The notes under the pieces: generated by a model
Databases searched by the model: none
Told to the model about the DNA's origin: nothing
What the model saw: the letters and a program-made list of their open reading frames with translations, nothing else
Source of the DNA: the human T2T-CHM13v2.0 reference genome, Homo sapiens
Assembly (NCBI RefSeq): GCF_009914755.1
Contig: NC_060928.1
DNA: 64,000 bases
Strand: one strand, 5' to 3'
Part shown: positions 30,975 to 48,322 of the stretch, piece after piece
Numbering within the stretch: position 1 is the stretch's first letter
How the letters are laid out: every line of letters begins with the position of its first letter
Program-made: the position numbers and the translations under genes

Positions 30975-31970
30975 TGCATTGTTTTCCTAGGGTTCCTGAA
31001 ACAAATAACCACACACTTGGTGGTTCAGAACAACACACATTTATTATCTTAAGAATTTCAGAGGTCAGAAAACCAAAATGGGTCTTACTGGGTGCTATGG
31101 TTTTGATGTGTCACCCAAAGTTCATATGTTAGACATGGCCCCTAATTCAAAATTGTTGAGAAGTAAGACCTTCAAAAGGTGATTAGGTCATGAGGGCTCT
31201 GCCCTGGTGAATGGATTAATTCACACTCTCTCATCGTGTAATGCTTCCCACTGTGTTATGATGCAGCAAGAAGGGCCCCATCAGATGCCAGCATCTTGAT
31301 ATTGGACTCCCCTGCCTTCAGATCTATGAGAAATAAATTTCTTTTCCTTACAAATTACCCAGTTTTTGGTATTCAACACAAAATGGACTAAGACACTGGG
31401 GTAAGTCAAGGTGATGGCAGAGGTCAAGCACAATGTCTCATGCCTGAAATCCCAGCGCTTTGGGAAGCCAAGGTAAGAGGATTGATGGAGGCAAGCCTGG
31501 GCAACATAGTAGTGACCCCCATATCTACTAAAAATTTAAAAATTAGCCAGTCATGGTGGCATGCCTCTATAGTCCTAGCTGCTCAGGAGGCTAAAGCAGG
31601 AGGATCACTTGAGCCTAGGAGTTCCAGGTTACAGTGAGTTATGATCATGCCACTCCACCCCAGTCTGGGTAACAAAATGAGACCCCCTCTCAAAAAAAAA
31701 AAAAAAAAAAGAAAGAAAGAAAAAGAAGAGAAAAGGTATTGGCAGAATTGTGTTTCTTCTGGAAGCTCTATGACAAAGTTTGTTTCTTTGCCTTTTTTAG
31801 CTTCCCGAGGCCACCTGCATTTGCTAAGTCATGGTTCCTTCCAACAATTATATATTCCCAGACTCTGCTTCCATCATACAGGTGATGATGGCTCTGACCC
31901 TTCTGCCTCTCTCTTAAAAGAACCCTTGTGATTATACTTGGTCCACCCAGATAATCCAAGACAACTTTGG
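30975..31970. mobile_element. Nested MaLR LTRs (MLT1-like interrupted by MST-like ~31093-31396 and an Alu)
   Basis: TGCTATGGTTT...AAATGGACTAAGACA MST termini inside an MLT1-type sequence. Confidence 0.6.
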
Positions 31971-32623
31971 GGAACAGATTTCCACCCACCACAACAATGT
32001 TACTCAATGCCAGTATTTCTTGTTCTAACAATATTCATGAAAAGAACATAATGTTTAGATATAAAACTCATGAACAAAAAAGGTATTAATTATTAATCAT
32101 TATTAATAGATTAGCATCACAATTTAGAAAATACTTGCTGGGGCTGGGCGCTGTGGCTCACGCCTGTAATCCAGGACTTTGGGAAGCCAAGGTGGGTGGA
32201 TCACGAGGTCAAGAGATCAAGACCATCCTGGCCAAGATGGTGAAACCCCATCTCTACTAAAAATACAAAAATTAACTGGGCATGGTGGCGCATGCCTGTA
32301 GTCCCAGCTACTCAGGAGGCTGAGATAGGATAATAGTTTGAACCCGGGGACTGAGGTTGCAGTGAGCCGAGATCACGCCCTCTGCACTCCAGCCTGGTGA
32401 CAGAGAAAGACTCCATCTCAAAAAAAAAGAAAAAAGAAAATACTTGCTGGGAATGAAGTGCTAACCTACTTCCAGTACTTAAATATTAAGCCAGGTTCAT
32501 CGCTGGAAGTCATAGAGGGGAAGGAGGCTACGCAAGACACAGGGAATCTCAAAGGTGAAATGTGAAATGTGATTTCCTGATGTGATACTGGAGAGGGACA
32601 CAGCAACTCAGAGAAGTTACTGA

Positions 32624-33139
<516 letters not shown>

Positions 33140-33374
33140 TGAAATCCTTGCCAGATAAATTAGGTTGTCTGCTCTCTGTTTCTTACTTTCTTTTCTACGG
33201 CAGTGTCAATCATGAGTCAGCAATAGTCACAGCTTGACAAAAATAAGGCCAATCAATAACAGAGCGTTTGCCATATGCTAGGCTTTCTACTAATTTCCCC
33301 ACATGCATTGTTTCATTTTCATTCTCATAAAAATTCTGAGACGTAGTTGCTCTTATTACCAGTTTTTGGGTTTT

Positions 33375-34090
33375 TGAACAAAAGTTCTCTGAAAAGAAAT
33401 ATGGAGGAAAGAGACTTTATTCCAATGAACAGTTTGAAAACCAGAGAGATGCAGCCTCCTTCTACCCGTGTGATTTTCAAGGATGTACCTAGCCTAACGT
33501 ATAAGGATTTGAAGTAGGTGCCTACCCTATTCCCAGCCTTGCAAACCAAGGAGACACAGTTTGTAAACTGAGGAGATGCAGCCTTCAGTTTGTGAACACA
33601 AGTTCTCTGAAAAGGAATTTGGAGGAAAGAGACTTTATTCCAGTGAACAGTTTGCAAACTGAGGAAACAGCTTCAGTGTAAAACAAAAGTGCATTCCAGA
33701 GAACAAAGAGAGGGTTCAGGTTTATAGCAAAACGTCCACCCCAGCTTCCCAATCAGGTCTGCTTATGAAAATAAAGGATTCAAACTTTCTTAGCTCTGAT
33801 TGACCAACACAGCTGAGTTCTGATTGGTTGGTAGAGCTGCACCCTGATTGGTTTATATAGCTGAGTCCTGATTGGCCAAGGCCGGTGAGCTCTGATTGGT
33901 TGGTTCAGGTGAGACCTGAAAGTCTCCAAGTTAAAAGGGTGTGGGTTTGCGGGGAACTCAGAGTGTATGTTTGACCTCTAATAAGCAAATGGCTCCTTGG
34001 CTGTATTCAAAACTTAGGCCCAGTTAGCCACTCAGGATCCATGTTGAAGGATTGACTCTTTCAGATTCACATTTATTCATTACATTTATT
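33375..34090 (-). mobile_element. Solo LTR of the same family as 19309-19766, with an internal end duplication
   Basis: Shares GTTCTC.GAAAAGGAATTTGGAG...TTTATTCCAG and the CTGATTGG array with the 19.3-kb copy. Confidence 0.7.
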
Positions 34091-36146
34091 CACAAGTTAA
34101 AGAATTAGAAACACAGCTTTCTCATTTATAATATAACCAAGTCGCGTAAGATAATCTCTAATTTTCTTTCCCTCTCTAAAATGTTATGACTTTTAATGCT
34201 ATATAATATATCCAGATTTATAGTGAATAAAGCACCTAACTATATGCCGGGCACTAAGCTAGGCATTTTCATGAATGCTATTTGGTAATAGTTGACTACC
34301 AGTGTGATTGGAGATGCTGTTACATGCACTGACAATTTAATATTGTGAGGATTTCAACCACCAATTCAACTATATTCTGAATATATTGTATATGCATTTC
34401 TCTGATGTTCGCGGCTGAGTTCTTGGTTAAATAAAACAAATGTAAAAACATGGCATGTAATTGTTTGCTTTATTGCTTTCTGTTTTGGAAAAAATAATAA
34501 GCAACACTAACAAATGACTTTGGAACCACAGTGATTTTTCTTTTGTCATTGACCTCTTGCGGAACAATAAATTGGATATAATACATTTTTTTCTTCTAAC
34601 ATGACAATTCTCTCAACCTTACAGATTTCAAGGGAGTAGGAGGAAGGAGGGAGTGAAGAGGACAAAAAGAATTCTTTCTATTGAAAAGGGGATGTGGCCA
34701 GGCGCACACACTTGTAATCCTAGTACTTTGGGAGGCTGAGGCTCAGGAGTTCGAGACCAGCCTGGCTAACATGGTGAAAGCCCGTCTCTACTAAAAATAC
34801 AAAAATTAGCCAGGCGTGGTAGTTCGTGCCTGTAATCCCAGCTACCCGGGAGGCTGAGGCAGGAGAATCACTGGAACCTGGGAGACAGAGGTTTCAGTGA
34901 GTCGAGATCACACCACTGTACTCCAGCTTGGGCAACAGAGTGAGACTCTATCAAAAAAAAAAAAAAAAGAGAGAGAGAGAGATGTTTGTAAGAGGCCCAC
35001 AGAAGTTCTCAGCACCAGACCAGGTGTGGTGGCTTATGCCACCGTGCGGTAGGAGGCAGGAGGGAGTGAATAGGACAAAAGGATTCTTTCTATTGAAAAG
35101 GAGATGTTTGTCTATTAATATAATCCCAGCACTTTGGGAGGCCGAGGCAAGAGGATCAGTTGAGCCCAGGAGTTTGAGACCAGCCTGGGCAACATAGGGA
35201 GACCCCATCTCTATAAAAATATATTTTAAAAAAAAAAGAAAGGAAAAAAGTTCTCAGCACTGTTGAAGAGAGAAATGAGCCATCCTCGAGTCATTCTGTC
35301 TACTCTTGTTGAAGCTTCCCTGGGTACCACAGCTTAAGTGGCCCACCTGAGAGGTGGCTCCTGATATACCAGCTGTTTATTAACTATGTCAGTAATGGTG
35401 ATTTCTGACTCCAAAACAAACTACTCAAAATTTTACTTTAGTTTTGAAAAGTAGTGTTCCTATGGTGAGTAGTCAGCTGAACCATTTTAAAGGCCCACCC
35501 TTCAGGGTTTTGCTGTAGTAGGTTATTCCTTGTAATGAAAACAATTTTCTTGAAAATTAATTAATCGTGATGTTTTAAATCTTGTTTTGTAAGTATGCCT
35601 TTGTTTCTTTAAAGCCCTCATCATGAAGGCCTCGTCTCTTTTCTCAGTCATCACTATGGCAAACTTTAACAAGTTAGTTAGAATTTACAAAACTGTGGCA
35701 AAAACACTGTTAGTTACTTCAGAAAGTAAAGAATGGGAATGCATGACTTTTTCAAGTTCCCTTTACATAGCACGTTGTATGCCTTTCAGCAAAAATGAAA
35801 ATAATAATAATAATACATTGAAATAGGTAATATTCCATTTATTAAAGTTATACATTCACAAAATTTGTTTCTCCTTAAATTGAAGTTCAGCTTATAAATA
35901 TTATTGTTCTGTTTTTTAGGTTAGCAAATTTTAGTGATCTCTTTTTAAAAGCTTTGGTTTACCATTTGGTCCCCTTTATGAATGTACTAAATAAACATCT
36001 TGAAACAGCCTATGTAACTTAATTTATTTTCCATGCACTTCAATTAACTGACAAAATTTAATAATTCTTCTAAGTCTAATGAATTAAAGTTAAAATGCTG
36101 TGAACCTTAAGTTATCTTAAAAATTCTGGCTGGGTGCAGTGGCTCA

Positions 36147-36563
<417 letters not shown>

Positions 36564-36928
36564 TTAAAATCAAAAATATCAATACCTTGATTTTGCTTCT
36601 TTTAAGTATTTTTGTACTTAATTCTAAGCTTTGTCAGGGCAAAAAGACACTTACTCACAAAGTAAATGATTACATCATCTCTCACAACTTTAGGAATTGC
36701 CTTCCCATCTATTTTGGGAATTGACTTCTCAGGAGGTTTGAGGTTGCGTTGTGAACTTGAGTCTCGCCTCAAATTAAACCCAGTTTAATAGTGAAGCCTG
36801 CCTTATACCTTACCACTATTGTTCATCTTTACTACCCTGCTCGACGTTTTCTTTTTGCTTATCTTTAACATGCTAGATAATTGATATTTGTGTTATACTT
36901 ACTGTATACTGCCTGTCTTTCTCCATGA

Positions 36929-37078
<150 letters not shown>

Positions 37079-37389
37079 TAGCTGGGATTACAGGCATGAG
37101 CCACCACGCCTGGCTAATTTTGTATTTTTAGTAGAGATGGGGTTTCTCTATTTTGGTCAGGCTGGTCTCAAACTCCAAACCTCAGGTGATCCGCCCACCT
37201 CAACCTCCCAAAGTGCTGGGATTACAGGCATGAGCCACTGCGCCCAGCCAGGACAGGAATCTTTCTAGGGCTTTTGCTCTTTGACAGATGTTAAGCACCC
37301 AGAAACTGTTCCTAAATTATTTAGAAAATAGGCCAGGTGTGGTGGCTAATGCCTGTAATGTGCCAGTTGGAATTTTGCAATATCTATAC

Positions 37390-37900
37390 ATATGTAGGTA
37401 CAGTATGTGTGTATGTACCTATATATGTATCTATACAGTATGTAGCCTTTTCAGACTGGCTTCCTTCATTTAGTAAAATGTATTTATGTTTCTTCCATGT
37501 CTTAGTACCTTGATAGCTCATTTCTTTTTAGCACTGAATAATATTCCATTGTCTGTGTGTACCAAAGTTTATTTATCTATTTATCTACTGAAGAACATAT
37601 TGCTTTCCTCCAAGCTTTAGTAATTATGAATAAAGCTGCTATAAACATCCTTGTGCAGGTTTTTTTGTGGTCATAAGTTTTCAACTTCTTTGGATAAATG
37701 TCAAGAAGTGTGATTGCTAGATGATATGGTAAAAGGATCTTAGTTTTTTAAGAAACTGCCAAACTGTCTTTCAAAGTGGCTGTACCATTTTGCATTCCCA
37801 CCAGCAATGAATGAGAGTTCCTGTTGCTCCACATCCTCACCAGCATTTGGTGTCATCTCTCTTCTGGATTTTGGCCATTCTAATGGGTGTGTATGGTATT
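37390..37900 (-). mobile_element. Old L1M 3' fragment
   Basis: TGGCTGTACCATTTTGCATTCCCACCAGCAATGAATGAGAGTTCCTGTTGCTCCACATCC, typical of L1 ORF2/3' end in antisense. Confidence 0.8.
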
Positions 37901-38172
37901 TCACCATTTTCTTCTTACAAAGAAAAAAAATCACCTATGACAGATAATAAGCCAATGCTTACTTTTTATATTAGTAATTGGATTTACAGAGGTTCAGGAA
38001 AGAAGAGGTTGGTATAGGGATTAGTGAATAAAGTTTCTTGGGAAAGGAACTAGAGCTCAACTAAAAATGTTTCATGCTGGCCAGGAGGGTTACAGGGTGC
38101 ATGCCAGGCAAAGGCAGAAATGGAGACAAGCAGAGTGTGGAAGGAGAGATGAAGCCCATGTGTTCTTTAGAC

Positions 38173-38605
38173 CAGCGGTCCCCTGCCTTTTTGGCACCAG
38201 GGAGGTTGCAGTGGTCATAAGTTTTTTTTGCGGTCATAAGTTTTCAACTTCTTTGGATAAATGTCAAGAAGTGTGATTGCTAGATGATATGGTAAAAGGA
38301 TGCACAATTGGAAAAATTGTGTGTTGGGGTTGGGGGTTAGATGGTTTCAGGATGAAACTGTTCCACCTCAGATCAGGCATTAGATTCTTAAAAAGAGTGT
38401 GCAACCTAGGTCCCTCACATGCACAACTCACAATAGGGTTGGCGCTCCTGCGAGAATCTAATGTGGCCGCTAATCTGACAGGAGGTGGAGTTCAGGCAGT
38501 AATGCTTGCTGGCCCACAGCTCATCTCCTGCGGTGCAGTCTATTTGGTTCCTAACAGGCCACGGACCAGTCCCAGTCTGTGTGGCCTGGGGTTTGGGCAC
38601 GCCTG
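38173..38605 (+). mobile_element. MER1B-like hAT-Charlie DNA transposon with an internal foreign insertion
   Basis: CAGCGGTCCCC...TTTTTGGCACCAGGGA start and GGGGTTTGGG..CCTG end; 8-bp TSD CTTTAGAC / CTATAGAC. Confidence 0.85.
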
Positions 38606-39461
38606 CTATAGACAATGGACAGATGTACCGAAAAGAGTAGAAGGTTGTATATTGGCCGATAAATTTTGTAATACCAGCTATCTTGCAGAAAGTATTTCCC
38701 ACGTGCCAGCTACTGTGCTAAACACTTTATCTGCTTTACCTGTATAATCACATTTAATTCCCATGGCATTTTTTTAACTTTTTACTTTTACATAACCTTA
38801 AACTTAGAGGAAGTTGCAAAGAGAGTACAAAAATTTCCTAAATATTCTTTAGCTAGATTCTCCAAATGTTAAAATTTTATCACATTTGGGCCAGGTTCAG
38901 TGGCTTATGCCTATAATCCCAGCACTTTGGGAGGCTGAGGCAGGAGGATCACTTGAGTCCAGGAGCTCGAGGCCAGCCTGGGCAACAAAGTGAGACCCTG
39001 TCTCCGCAAAAAATGGAGAAATTAAAAAAAAATTTTTTTTAATTAAAATTTTTATTACATATGCTTTATCATAGTCTCCCTCCTTTTTCTTTCTCTATGT
39101 GTGTTGTGCAAACATCTGTGTGCATAAATTTTTGCTGAACCATTTGCAAGTAAGTAGCCAAGGACATCTTACCACTTTATCCCTAAATATGTCCATGTAT
39201 ATTTTCTAAAACACAATGTACAGCAACCACTGTACGATGATGAAAACTGAGAAATCAACACTGGCATAGTTCTGTTATCTAATCTACAGATTTTATTCCA
39301 GTTTTGTCAGTGGTTCCCTTTATGTCCTTTATAGTTGTTGTTGTTTTAATATTTTCTACTGCTGCAAGGTCCAGGTTGCACTTGGTCTTCATTTCTCTTT
39401 AGCCTCCTCTATATCAGTACAATCCCTCAGTGCTTGTCATTTATGACACTGACATTTTTGA

Positions 39462-40127
<666 letters not shown>

Positions 40128-41780
40128 CTGATGCTTCTTTATGATTAGATTCAGGCATGTGCTTTCTAGGCAAGAATACCTGCAAGATGACATTTTGCCC
40201 ATCTCAGCGCATCTCAACAGAAAGCGTGTGATTTTTTTCTCTCCCATTGCGGATGGTGTTCACTTTAATCATCTACGAAGTAGTACTGGCAGATTTCTCC
40301 ACTGTAGTTTCTACTTTTCCCATTTTAATTAGTTAGTATCTTGTTGAGAGATATTTCTCATCAAATTCTCACCATTCAAACCATGATTTTAGCATCCATT
40401 GATGATTTTCTGCCCGAATCAGTTGTTACTGTGGTGATTGCCAAATGGTTCCTTTTCTAATCCCATTATTTCTTCTAAGTTTATTGGTTGGCGTTCTACT
40501 ATAGGGAAGAGCTTTCCCTTCTCTCCCACTGATTCGTACATTTATATCACTATAGACTCATGAATTCCTATTTTGTTCCATTGTTTACTCTCCATTACCA
40601 TCATCATTTATTTTGATACTCAAATTATCCCAAATTTGGCTGGTGAGGGCTCTTTCCAGCCAGCTCCTGTTCTTTTGACATGCCCACAACATTATCTGAG
40701 CACTTCCTCGCCTATGGCATGGCAAGAGTCTAGGCTCATTTAGTACTTTCCCCATCCCAGCCTTGGAATCAACCTGAGAGAGCTACCGTTTTGTTGTTGT
40801 TGTTTTTTAACATGGTAGAGTTTTAAGTCAGGTACTGTCATCGTTCCTATTTTATAAATGAAAAAGAGAAACTCAGGAAGCTGGATATGTGGTTAGAGAT
40901 AACAGAAGAATGAAGGCAACTCAATAACATTTTGCTACCATGCCACACAAAACCATGAGGAAAACACCATTAAAATAACAACTGGGCCATGGTAGTGATT
41001 TGGGAAGACCAATTTAACTCCCATTTGAGATTAGGGACCACTGCTCCCTCACCCTGGAGCACTGGCTAGCATGCGAACTCTTGCCAACTTCATCCTTGAC
41101 AAAGAAACAGAGAAAAAAGAGAAGAGGCCATCAGCAGCTGCTGCAGTACCTGCTAGAAAACCAAATGCACTCCACACTGGTGTTTAATTGTCAAACAGAC
41201 AATGGAAATTTGATTGCACTGAATTTTGAATATCTTCAATTTTAAGATTTATCAGAAATACACTGCCTGGGTTTTCAAAAATAAATATTTATTATCATTG
41301 GTGAATGTGATGTATCCTTGCTGGATTTTTACTATGTGAAAATACATTTTGTATTGTTTATTGAAAATGTAATAAATTGATGCAATAAGACAATTTTTAA
41401 AAAAGAATCCTCTTTTCCCAATACCCCCAGCATTTTTGACAGCTTTATTGAGCTAGAATTTTTACAGCATAAATTTCAGCTATTTAAAATGTACAACTCA
41501 AGTAGTTTTCAGTATATTTACAGAATTGTGCAATGTCACCACGTTTTTAGAACATTTTTATTACCCAAAAAAGAAACCTTCTGCCCATTGGTAATCACTC
41601 TTCATTCTCTTCCCCATGCAGCCCTAGGCAACCACTAATCTACTTTTTGTCTCTATGAATTTGCCTGTGCTAGATATTTCATAGAAGTGAAATTATACCA
41701 GATATGGTTATTGTATAACCAATGACTGGTTTCTTTTACTTAGCCTAGTGTTTTCAAGGTTCATCCATGTTGTGGCATAA

Positions 41781-42006
<226 letters not shown>

Positions 42007-42716
42007 TAGCCAGGATGGTCTCGATCTCCTGCCCTCGTGATCCGCCCGCCTCGGACTCCCAAAGTGCTGGGATTACAGGCATGAACCACTGCGCCTGGCC
42101 CATTTTAACTTTTTTATGCCGTCATAATGTCCCTCTTCCCATGCGATACACATCAGACTTATTTTCCTCCTGCTTTCTTCAAATAAATATATTAAGCATG
42201 TTTTTATTTCTACAGAATTTTCTTCTTTGTAAGTTTTAATGGCTATACCAGTAGTGAATCCCATGACATCCCCCTACAGTGGAAATTTCCAGGCTTGTCA
42301 TTTCAGACAATGCAGTCGTTCCTGTAATCCCTATGCATGCAGTCATTCAAGATGAATCTGTTTACAAAATCTGAGCCAAAGGATGACCCACAACAATAAG
42401 CACTTTACTACTCAACTGTTCCCTCTTGCAGCTAAATGAAGGTTTTGTCCTCGGGAGACGGTGACATCACCTCTGGGGCTGACAGGCCACAGCAACTGAC
42501 CTCCTCATCTGGGCTTCTCCCCGGAAGAGGTGGAAGTCATTGTCATTGTTCCTCACAAAGGGCCGCTGTGCTGAAATGCAAAGTAAACAAGCAGAAATGA
42601 CAGCCTGCTTCATTATAGAACTAGCACTTCCTTCTCACACTCATTTCTTAGTAAACAGACGTGGGTTTGTTTTCACTTTTTACTTTTTATTGGTGAATAT
42701 GTATTTAATATGCCTA

Positions 42717-42719
<3 letters not shown>

Positions 42720-42770
<51 letters not shown>
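42720..42770. repeat. (TA)n microsatellite, about 25 units
   Basis: Perfect TA run. Confidence 0.97.
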
Positions 42771-42773
<3 letters not shown>

Positions 42774-43313
42774 TAGAAACTACAGTATTGCAGTTCTAGG
42801 TAACTATTATCCAGCTTCAATAATTATCAGCCCATGGCTAATTTTGTTTCCTCTGGACATTTACCTCCACTCTCCACCTCCATTAACAAAAGCTTCTTAC
42901 TGAAAATTATTCCAAATAGTTACTTCATTGTCCCTGCCCTGTCATCCCATAGATCCAATTATTTTCATTTTGTTTTCAACAGATTATTTTGGGAACATTA
43001 CTATGTGTTTGGCACAATGCCAGGTCCTGGGGATACAAAGATGAAGATGACATTGTTTGGGAAGTTTACAGACCAGGAACTAGAAACACAAACATTGTAT
43101 TTTATGATAACATGAGGTTGGAGGATGGCCAGAGCTGATCCTGACACAGCCTGGATCAGGAAGCAGTGGGGTTTACAAACAAAACCATTAATAGTAATTA
43201 CATGGCCCGGCGGGGTGGCTCACACCTGTGATCCCAGCACTTTGGGAGGCCAAGGTGGGTGGATCACCTGAGGTCGGGAGTTAGAGACCTGCCTGACCAA
43301 CATGGAGAAACTA

Positions 43314-43487
<174 letters not shown>

Positions 43488-44602
43488 TTACATGCTGGGG
43501 CGAGGGTAAGTTTACAGTAAATTTGCTAGTATGGAAGTGCTTATGTGCTATTATTTTAAAGTTTAGCTGGGGTTAAAGTAGCTACAGCAATGAGGTTGGA
43601 GTTGGCTAAACTGTGAAAGCAAGTTCGATGGAACCCTGGGTCCACTGTACTGGGTATGAATCACAATCTAGATAACCCAGAGTACTTACTGCAAAGTCAG
43701 TGATAGCTCTTCTGTTTTCCACATTGCCGCAAATTTCCCCTAAGGTGAGGCCTGCAGCTAGCTTGAATGGGGAAAGTCAGGGGGTAGGTATAAATTAATA
43801 TCTTCATAAATTTGTATCAGCCTCACAGGTATGAATCTGTTAAATGTATATAAACATATAAAATATATATGTATCTCTATATAGCCAGCCAAAAGTGGGA
43901 AGAAATTGAATTGCCTCTGTATTAAGAGAGACATAATAAAACCAGACAGTAGCTTTGCCTGCCTGATGAAGGGAGGTGGCTCCTACAGGCCACCTGGCCT
44001 AGACAGCTGACACCCCCTGGGGTACGGGGACAGTTCTTTGGTGCAGTGATCAGCATGTCCTTAACAGACTGTTCCCGAGGTAATGCCTACTGCGATCTGC
44101 TCACCTGTGATCTGTCCACATGCCGTCTGCCTGCGCTGGGTTCTGTGCATGCACGCAAGTCTCTCTGGTCCAGAAGCCAGAGCTGGGATGGAATTCAAGG
44201 AACCACAAAAGTCTCCCTCTCACTGTCAATTTTGAAGAATGAATAAGGGGTAGGCAGGCAAAGGCAAAAAACTCAGGGTGAGGGCATAAATAGAAGCAGA
44301 GGTATCGAGGCAGGAAACAGCACAGCCAGGTCACAGCAGTTCAGCACCCACTGGGACAAGCGCAAGACAAGAAGTATGGAAGGAACACAGGCAGGCGAGA
44401 AAGGTAGGGCCAGGTTCGAGAAGGATTCCTGAGTCCTGTGAAGGAACTGGGCTTCACTGAGGGCTGAGAAGCAGGATAGGTGGCGCATTAGAAGGAGTCC
44501 TCGAGCAGCATGTGGACAGCACATGGGAGCAGAGGATCCAGGCAGGAAGGTGGTGCGGCGTCAAGGGCAGAGGGAGGCAGCCTTCAACCAGTTCAGAAAT
44601 GA

Positions 44603-46018
<1,416 letters not shown>

Positions 46019-47350
46019 AGGGTACAATACGAAGTGGAGGAGGGTCAGGAAAATCAGCAAGACATCAGTTGCAAGAGAGGATAGAGAAGAAAGGATCGGG
46101 GAGGTCTCCCAGACCTCTTGTTTGACGACTGAGTAGAAGGCAGTGTCACTACCTGTAACGGGATCCAGGGATGAGGTGGATCTCAGGGCCTGTGGATGAG
46201 ACATCCCAGTAAAAATGCGTAGCAGACAGTTGGATGTAAAAGTCTGAAGCGTTTCAAGAAGAGTGAAACAACCATGATTTTTGTCCCATTTCTGGGACCC
46301 TATTGCTCTGTGATATCTCTGAGCCTCAGTTTCTTCAACTGTAAAAAAGGTATATTGGCGGGGCGTGGTGGCTCACGCTTGTAATACCAACACTTTGGGA
46401 GGCCGAGATGGGTGGATCACTTGAGGGCAGGAGTTTGAGGCCAGCCTGGTCAACATGGGGAAACCCCATCTCCAGTAAAAATATAAAAACTAGCCAGGGG
46501 TGGTGGTGCATGCCTATAATCCCAGCTAGTGGGGAAGCTGAGGCAGGAGAGTCATGTGAACCCAGGAGGCGGAGGTTGCAGTGAGCCGAGATTGTGTGAC
46601 TGCACTCCATCTCAAAAAAAAAAAGGTATACTAATACCTTTCCTGTCTACCAAGGAGAGTAGTTGAAGGGGCAAATGATAATAATACCATACATGTAAAA
46701 ATTTCCTGAAAACTGAATAAGGCAGCATTAAAAAAAAAATATATATATATATATATATAATTATATATAAGCTTTTCTGGGACGCCACTTTTAAAATCAA
46801 AAGATGATTTTAAAGCTTTGTTGAGTTCAGTTGAGGCTTTAAGAACAATTTGCCACAAAATGACAAAGCTCGTTCTGGGCATGATCATTTTATCAAATCC
46901 TGGATCTGGTAGTTAAAAGTGTCATTGTTTTCTTTTTTGTTTTGTTCTGTTTGTTACCAAAGGCTATAATTATTTGGTGGCAATTTGCCATTTCTGGAAT
47001 CTTAATCATACTGGCTTATAATGTGGTCTGCTCTGAACAGAGCTTATTTATAACTACACAACTATGTGCATTTTCTTTAAGACTTAGGAGGAATATTATA
47101 AATCAGGGATAAATTGTTTCATAAGTGAATCAGAAAGAAACTAGAGAAGTAATGAGCTTTGACTGCCTTAGGTATTGTTGCTGTGATTGTTAAATGCATT
47201 AGCTAATAGTTTTACCATGGATACTATATAATACTATCACACCGTATATGTTTTAATAATCATATCAAAGCAATCCATGGTGCAAAATAATTTCCAAACT
47301 ATGATTCTAAGGTTAAACATGTCTAAAAATGAAAGTGGTATGACCACCGT

Positions 47351-47369
47351 TTGCCACTAGGGGGAAGCA
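47351..47369 (+). promoter_or_regulatory. Candidate CTCF binding site
   Basis: TTGCCACTAGGGGGAAGCA resembles the CTCF core CCAC(C/T)AG(A/G)(G/T)GGCGC; lies in unique sequence. Confidence 0.55.
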
Positions 47370-47619
47370 ATCGATTGACCATAAACTCATCATGTCTCAG
47401 CGGGCGTGGGGCTGCCGGTTGGATCAAGGAATCTTGAATGATTCTTTCAGCTCAGAGTCACTCTGTGATTCCACTATGCTTCCAGTTTCAAGTTCCAATT
47501 GAGTAAGGAAATACCTTTTAATATTTTAGATAACGTTGCTAAGTATAACGAGGGTTATTTCTCAGCGGGGTGTTGCAGGACCCTAGGAAACAAAAACTGT
47601 TAGAACTTTAGAGGTCTTG

Positions 47620-47910
<291 letters not shown>

Positions 47911-48074
47911 TTTTAGAGGTCTTACATCCTACCAGTAACCTGTAACGTCACAGCCATAAAGGTTTTCTCTCTGGTCCTCTGTGTCAGCGCAGGGTTGTAA
48001 AAATCAAATTACTATACTTGATTAATAACTCATCAAGGATAAAATAGTATAATACATAGGCCCAGCAACTCTAA

Positions 48075-48322
<248 letters not shown>

